This document shows, piece after piece, positions 57,301 through 64,000 of a DNA stretch of 64,000 bases. Position 1 is the first letter of the stretch. The number at the start of each line of letters is the position of its first letter. The notes under the pieces were generated by a model. The model did no database searches, was not told the origin of the DNA, and saw only the letters and a list, made by a program, of their open reading frames with translations. Position numbers and translations under genes: made by a program. The stretch is from Octopus vulgaris (taxonomy: Eukaryota): assembly GCA_951406725.2 (NCBI GenBank), contig OX597817.1, positions 99,882,001 through 99,946,000 on the forward strand, in the 5' to 3' direction.

Positions 57301-58295
57301 CATTTCTGGTGCCAATACCATATCCACCATGTACCCCAGTGAAGATACCCGATTCCCGCCCAACATGCCCGTTAAAATCTCCACCTACAAAGATGAGGTC
57401 CTTGTTACTAGTCTTTGAAGTAGCCTGCAGAAGGGTATCATAAAAGTTGTCCTTCTGATCATTTGGTAGTCCCGCTTGTGGGGCATAGGCTGAGATAATC
57501 ATAGCTGTGCCACTCTGTAGGACCAACCTGAGCTTAAGCACTCTATCACAAACCCTGACAACCTCTATGACCTTATCCACCCATTCCTCCGCAAGGAGAA
57601 TGCCTACACCCCCTACACCTTCCGCGTTACCTTGCCAGTAGAGTTTGTATCTAAGTGCCTTGCCCGTGAGGACCCTAGCCGAAGCATCTCTCCATCTTAC
57701 CTCTTGTATGCAGCATACATCAACCTGTCTTCTCTCTAGCATCTCTACAATCTCACTAGACTTGCCTGTCAATGTACCAACATTGATAGTGCCAACTCTG
57801 AAAACTGGGAAGGAGATGTGGGGGACAGGGGGATTCGGCGCCTGAGAAGAGGAGGGTTGTAGTGGTGGTGATAGTTTTCGTGGTATTTTTCTTTTGATCT
57901 CTCTTCCAACCTGACCACGCCGTGGGCAGGAGCTGGTGTTAGCAGTGGACATTTGTTATCGTCACTGAGTAACGTAATTAGGTAGAGGAAAGAAATACAG
58001 ATATTCTAGAGTTGAGTTGGGGAGGGGGGGTCCAGTTGAGGCGGGTAATATAGGGGAGCAACCAGTGGGGAAGGTTGGGGTAAGGAGGAACGATGGCAGG
58101 AAGGGTTGGTGTAGGTTCCTAAGAAATAAAAACGTAGGATATTACGAGGCGGGAGGGTACTAAAAGGGGATGGTCGGATTGACGAGGCGGGAGGGTACTA
58201 AAAGGGATGGTCGGATTGAGGCAGTGTCAGGAGGAAGCGTAAGATCGGTGGGCAGTTGATGAGCTATGGCGCTAGCAGCTTGTCTTAAGCATATG
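54371..58295 (-). mobile_element. Near-intact full-length RTE LINE with (ATG)n tail; 5' end runs into a gap
   Basis: (CAT)n at 54371-54390; 3' UTR homologous to 25590-25747; 18-bp and 21-bp repeats at 54640-54760. Confidence 0.95.
54615..57952 (-). pseudogene. RTE ORF (APE + RT with PHD insertion), interrupted only by a 1-bp frameshift near 57075
   Basis: INVGTL, CIQEVRW, AYAPQ, GDFNGHVG, QIDF, QHRL; shifted frame KLEARR...IWKLK...WEFLRDSLLSA joins the 759-aa ORF with YRGIKL, QFGF, YADDL. Confidence 0.93.
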
Positions 58296-58807
58296 NNNNN
58301 NNNNNNNNNNNNNNNNNNNNNNNNNNNNNNNNNNNNNNNNNNNNNNNNNNNNNNNNNNNNNNNNNNNNNNNNNNNNNNNNNNNNNNNNNNNNNNNATCCT
58401 GTATTTTTCATTCATGCACACCAAGCTTAGACTAACATAAAAATTGCTGACCTGGTACATGTTGACTGTTCAACTGAATATCACAGATACATTTATCTCA
58501 GGAGAATAAATGTTCTAAATAATATCATATAAAAATAGTCACACACGCACACACAGATATACACAATCATATATGCTGACAGAGAAACATGTACAAAAAA
58601 CAATCATTCATGCTTACGATGAGACACATAAGTGCTTACAAACAAAAAGACACATCTTTGACATATACAAACATATTTGTATAAATTTACATATCCACAT
58701 TGACATATAGAGACATATGCACACATACAGTTTAGCATTAATATACACAAGTATACAGATACAATATAAATAGACAGATACCAATATGTATATGTAGACA
58801 TATATAA

Positions 58808-58840
<33 letters not shown>

Positions 58841-59715
58841 TTATTGTTAAATCATATATGTAGAAAAATATCCTCATAGACACATATCCATGCACATGTT
58901 TTCATATATTCATGTATACTTTTTGGTGTTGGCATAGTGTATGCTTTGATCTAATGGGTGGAATTAAACTATCTACTTGTTTACCAACCTTCCACTAACT
59001 GAAGTGTTAATATAGTATATGCATTCATAACATGGATAAAATATTTCAGCCTAGTTAACTGGTTTTTGACTATCCATTTATCTGACTATTCAGTAATTAC
59101 ATGGAAGGTTTGGAAAAGTATGCGTTTACAAGAACTCACAGACTGATTAATTTTTTTTATCTGCAACAAGTATTTTAAGTTCTATAGTCTTCATGTATAT
59201 GGAAGTTATTGCAATGATATGCTAATGCAATCTAAAACCAATAACTAAGTTTTAAATACTTAAATGTATTTGATGTAGAACAGATATAAAATATCTGGTG
59301 TTACTTAATGTTTCCACACTTATATTTATATATTGTATTGCTAAATAAGCACAATTTGAAGGGAACAGTTAGCAGCTACTCTACAGTTACATGTTATTAA
59401 TTAAGAATTCAGGTGTTTTGGATAAGTTGGCTTTTTCCTGTCACTAATTTTATTCTTTGTTCCTATCAGTGTTTTTTTTTAAATACTAGCATGTGTATTT
59501 TTCTTATTAAGAGTATTACAAAATTCTATAGTATTATATGATTCTATATCTGTCAGTAAGAAATTTGAAATTTATTTGTAGGGAGAGTATAGTGTTGCTT
59601 CTATTATCAGTGTGCATTTATTATTGATGTTCAAATTAGTGGTTTCACTGTTTACAGAATAATCAGTTACAATACCTATTGAAAAATTATTTGATCCTTA
59701 CTTATTATTATCATT

Positions 59716-59935
59716 AAGGTGGTGAGCTGGTAGAATCATTAGCATGTCAGACAAAATGCTTAGTGGCATTTCATCTATCTATATGTTCTGAGTTCAAATT
59801 CTGCAAAAGTTGACTTTGCTTTCATCCTTTAGGGGTCAATAAAATAAGTACAATTCAAGCACTGTGGATCAATGCAATCGGCTAGCAACCTCTCCACAAA
59901 TTTTAAGCTTTGTGCCTATAGCAGAAAGGATTATT
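59716..59935 (+). mobile_element. Second tRNA-derived SINE family (degenerate partial copies continue to about 60215)
   Basis: GGTGGTGAGCTGGTAGAATC A-box, GAGTTCAAATTC B-box, core TTTCATCCTTTAGGGGTCAATAAAATAAGTAC resembling the Nin/Deu SINE domain (from memory), ATT-repeat tail. Confidence 0.7.
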
Positions 59936-60289
59936 ATTGTTGTTGTTGTTGCTATTATTATTATTTCTATTAGAGGTTGATGCAATCAGCTAAACCCCCA
60001 CCTACAATTATTGGCCTCCTGTCAAAATTTGAAAGAATGATTATTATTATTAAGTGGTGACTTAGCAGAATCATTAGCATGTTGGACAAAATGTTTAGGG
60101 GCATTTCTTCCAATTTATTAATGTCCAACCCACAAAAACCGCTGGCCTTGTGCCAACATTGGAAAGAATTATCATCAATGGCGGTGCCCCAGCTTGTGAG
60201 CTGAAACTAGATAAAAAATAAAATAAAAATAAAAATTAATCATCCTTATAAGGTAGATGTTAATGGGTTTATCTTCACTATTCCAGCTA

Positions 60290-61420
60290 TTATTACAGGA
60301 TATTTTTGCCACTAGGTAAGTGTTAATACTTCCATCTTAGGGCGCTTTTATAGGAAAGAGAGTTAGTCTCATTTTCAGTACAGAAGTTTGCTTGGTGCAT
60401 GTGTTAATTTGATGAGATGTTTAAAAGTTAGTGTTATTGGATAAATCTGGTGTTGTTGAATACAAGAATTTTACTAAGTACCTATAAAAGTGATTGTGGT
60501 ATTTATGGTTAGAAGGAAAGTTTTTGTTTAGAATATAGAATACCAGAGCTATTAGTAGCAATGCTTTTTCCAGAAGGTATTTTATACCAGGTTACATTTC
60601 TTATCCTGTTTTTTTTTAATGTTTTATGTTTCACTAAGGTGTTTGATTTGATTTAGAGAATTTACTATTTTATTATTTCCTATAGGTCTAAGTGAGTTTG
60701 TGATTTTGGAATTAGGACAAGTAGAATTTTCACAAAATATACTGTTATTGTATACTCTAGGTTTTGGGTTTCCTGTGATTTCAACGTGTTATAGGTATGA
60801 AATATATTAGTAGTTCCCACATTTTAATTTTTATATGCAGAATTATTTAGAAGGCTATAATGTTTAATGTATCTGTTATGTTATTTGTGCCTTGAGATGT
60901 ATATGTTAGCTTTAGTTTGCATACCAACTACTCGTTGAACTTCATTTGAGTTTTAGGGATTACTATCTTTCTGCTTATCTGATATGTAAGTATGATTTTT
61001 AGGATCAGCTGTCAGTCTAGATTTAGTCCTATACACAGTTTTTAATTTATGTTCTATGTTGTTTCTATTTGTTGGATGTAGAATGACAGGATTAGCATGA
61101 ATCTTACAACTATTTCTCCTTCTATGGAAATTATCACTCTTCATGGTATGGTAGCCATGTTCATCCAGAAGAATGTAGCAAATGTTAAGGTGCCTCATAA
61201 TATTCAGTGTTGTTACTGCAAATTTATTTGCTGATATTTTAGAAATTCTATGGAAAATACTCCAAACTAGATCATCTTTAAAAGATCTTAGCTGCTTAGA
61301 TAATTGACATATGTAGTATAACACTGAAACCTGGATTTTATAAAAGATACTATAATACACAAATGGAAATGCACATGGAGTCCTAAATACTGGTTATTTG
61401 TTACACAATTTGAGGTTTAA
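60290..61420 (-). mobile_element. Highly decayed retroelement, possibly Penelope-like
   Basis: Coding-like composition and a 135-aa residual ORF; only weak motif resemblance. Confidence 0.3.
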
Positions 61421-61481
61421 ATTGCACTACTATGACTATATAAAAATATTCATTTACATATATTCATCTAATATTTAAAAC

Positions 61482-61539
<58 letters not shown>

Positions 61540-61549
61540 ACTTGAACTG

Positions 61550-62110
61550 TCTTGTCTTCTGGCATCACTGGCTGAGTTCAGACTTCCTGTATTTTACCAT
61601 GCCTAGTCAGGTTGCCAGCTGACTTGCAAATTAATCCACACTCCTTACAAATGTGCTGTAAATGACATAGCAGCAAAACCATCTCACAAGCTGCTTGATT
61701 TCTCCCTGATTCATTTAAGTTTAGGTGGTCAAGTAATACAGCTGTTGAGAGAAGAAATTGTTGACACAAACTGTACTTCAATTCCAGCTGGATTCCTACC
61801 AAGTTTTGCTTACTGAGTAATTTTAAAGCTTTGGATATAGATGTGGATAACTGCGAAGCATCTGAAATTGCCTTATATAGAGCCATGAACTTGCTTCCTT
61901 GGTTTATGCTGTGGCATTTTACCTCTGATCAGCTCCTATTTAAGCATCATTCCATCCTCCATTCTGACAACATGACCAGCCCAACACATCCAATTCAAAA
62001 TTATTCTTTACTTGAAATTGGTGAAGCTCACTTACTCAAGTATAAGAGCATCGAGTGTGTAAGAGGACCATTTGATGCTCAAAATGAATTGGATATACTA
62101 CCAATGAAAA
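61550..62110 (-). mobile_element. Decayed RTE-type LINE 3' end
   Basis: WAGHVVRMED and terminal C2H2-like HICKECGLICKSAGNLTRH. Confidence 0.65.
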
Positions 62111-62140
62111 TACACACACACACAATATATATATACATGC

Positions 62141-62560
62141 TGTGGACATAGTTGTGCACTTAAGTCTGCTTTGCAACCACATGGTTTTTGCACTCAGTCC
62201 CACCATGCAACATCTTGGGCCAATGTCTTTTACTATAGCTCCAGGCTAGCCAAAGCCTTGTAAGTGGATTTGGCAGACAGAATCTGAAAGAAACACTGCA
62301 TAGGTGTGTATAGTTATGTCTCCTTATTTTGATACTGCATGTTCATTTTAAACATCTGTCAATGTCATACAAGCAGTGTTGTTTGTTTGCAATCTTCTGT
62401 GAAAACACATGGACCTTGTACTGTTTTGTGATGGAAACAGATAAGGGTTGGTGAGGGTTGATGACAGGAAATGCATCCATCCATTAAAAAAAAACTATCT
62501 CAACAATTTTTGCTTAGCCCACACAAGCTTGCAAATGCAAACATTAAAATAATGATGATA
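62141..62560 (+). mobile_element. Old SINE with an RTE-derived 3' tail
   Basis: 5' half homologous to 570-730; 3' half gggttg.tgacaggaaatgcatcca...aacattaaaataatgatgat resembles the RTE 3' UTR at 25608-25747. Confidence 0.7.
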
Positions 62561-62748
62561 TGAATATGATGACTATATATATATGTATATACACACACAC
62601 ATTTTATTAAATCTGGAAAAATTTTCACAAATTGTTACTCAGAATTTCACATTACTGTTTGTTGGACTGATGTGAACATATTCTTTTATTCTTTTGTTTC
62701 AGTCATTTGACTGTGGCCATGCTGGAGCACCACCTTTATATATAAAAC

Positions 62749-62785
<37 letters not shown>

Positions 62786-63306
62786 TGTTTTAGATCCACT
62801 TTTCACTGCTAGAATGTGAGGATAAGATTATTGTAAAATTTCCAATTATGAACAAATAGGAAAATCTTTTATAAACAATGCTGAAGAAAATAATTATAAC
62901 TTATAATCTATATCTCACATAAACTTCACAGTGCAAGAATATAAGTTCACAAAATTAGTACTAATAAAGAAGTTTCCTTTTTATTTATATAGCAATAGCA
63001 GCTACTGAAATATAGAATCAGTGATAAGATGAACTATTACTTTGAAAGAAAATGACATTTATTTCATTACGACTTTCTTTAAAACATATTTCAATGAACA
63101 AGTAAAAATTATACACAGGTAAAATCAAATTAAATAAGAGTTATACATATTAGAAAGGAAAATAAAATTATGACAAATTAATAAATAAAACTTGTAAAAA
63201 GCATATTCTGAAATTATGACAATATCTCCGTGGAAGCAGACACACAGACACACACACACACACAACTGAAAGCAAAAACAATCTTTTAATGTGAAATTAA
63301 TAATTA

Positions 63307-63414
<108 letters not shown>

Positions 63415-63798
63415 CTATATATAAATTACCAAATGAATTATATCACCAGAGAACTTTTATTCATTTAGAAACATCAACATATATATGCATAAAAAGCCTA
63501 TGATGCTGCCAATCAAAAATAAACTACATTTGTTAATTTGATAAATTTTTCCTATCCAACTTTATACTAATTTGAATATTTGTCTCAATAAACCAAAATT
63601 TTTCAAAATAAATTTACTAAATAATTAATTCAAATGAAAGAATGGTATTCTGTTTTCCTGAAAGGAAAAAAAAATTATAGAAAAAAGATTTGTTTCACAA
63701 AGGGCTGGTAAAATGAATCGTATTTATACTCATTTATTAAATAGCTCAAAGGTTCACATTTTAAGTTGAAAGAATTGACATGAAGTTGACAAACTTAC

Positions 63799-63840
63799 CA
63801 TAATAACAGGTTCTAACCGTGCAACTAAATCTTGGTAAGA
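63799..63840 (-). CDS. PFKFB: PFKFB internal exon (42 nt)
   Basis: tttcag|SYQDLVARLEPVIM|gtaagt; splices in frame to the 63327-63414 exon. Confidence 0.95.
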
Positions 63841-64000
63841 CTGAAATAAAATTAAAATGATTGGTAAACCATTTGCTTAATTCCAAAAAGGAAGATTATT
63901 ATTAAAATATTGATTTATTTTGCAAACATACAAAATCAAATAGTACTTATTTTATTGACCCAAAAAGTGAGAAATTTAAAGCACAGGCAAAATTTATCTC

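Noticed and set aside
59190-59220. Candidate next PFKFB exon (LPY on the minus strand)
   Set aside because: Followed by a stop within two codons and lacks the PLH motif

Overview
AT-rich, microsatellite-laden animal genomic DNA. The repeat inventory (tRNA-derived SINEs, RTE LINEs, huge TA/TACATA arrays) suggests a coleoid cephalopod, most likely Octopus; this is inference. The only host coding sequence I recognise is two short minus-strand exons of a 6-phosphofructo-2-kinase/fructose-2,6-bisphosphatase (PFKFB) gene near 63.3-63.8 kb. The next exon was not found, so most of the window may be one giant intron. The rest is a layered collection of mobile elements: a near-intact RTE LINE with a PHD finger inside its RT, a near-intact CR1-group LINE whose ORF1 has Myb/SANT-like and CCCH domains, an R2-like fragment, mariner (DD34D), maT (DD37D), piggyBac derivatives, composite Helitrons (two head-to-head pairs), SINEs, and many Penelope-like remnants. 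The most notable signals are (i) at least seven minimal type-I hammerhead ribozyme motifs, several with family-level non-canonical cores (CUGUNGA, CCGANGA) and mostly antisense to PFKFB; (ii) a ~115-bp inverted repeat whose arms differ almost entirely by transitions that give G-U pairs on the minus-strand RNA; and (iii) palindromically arranged Helitrons that captured a piggyBac end. All alignments were done by eye.
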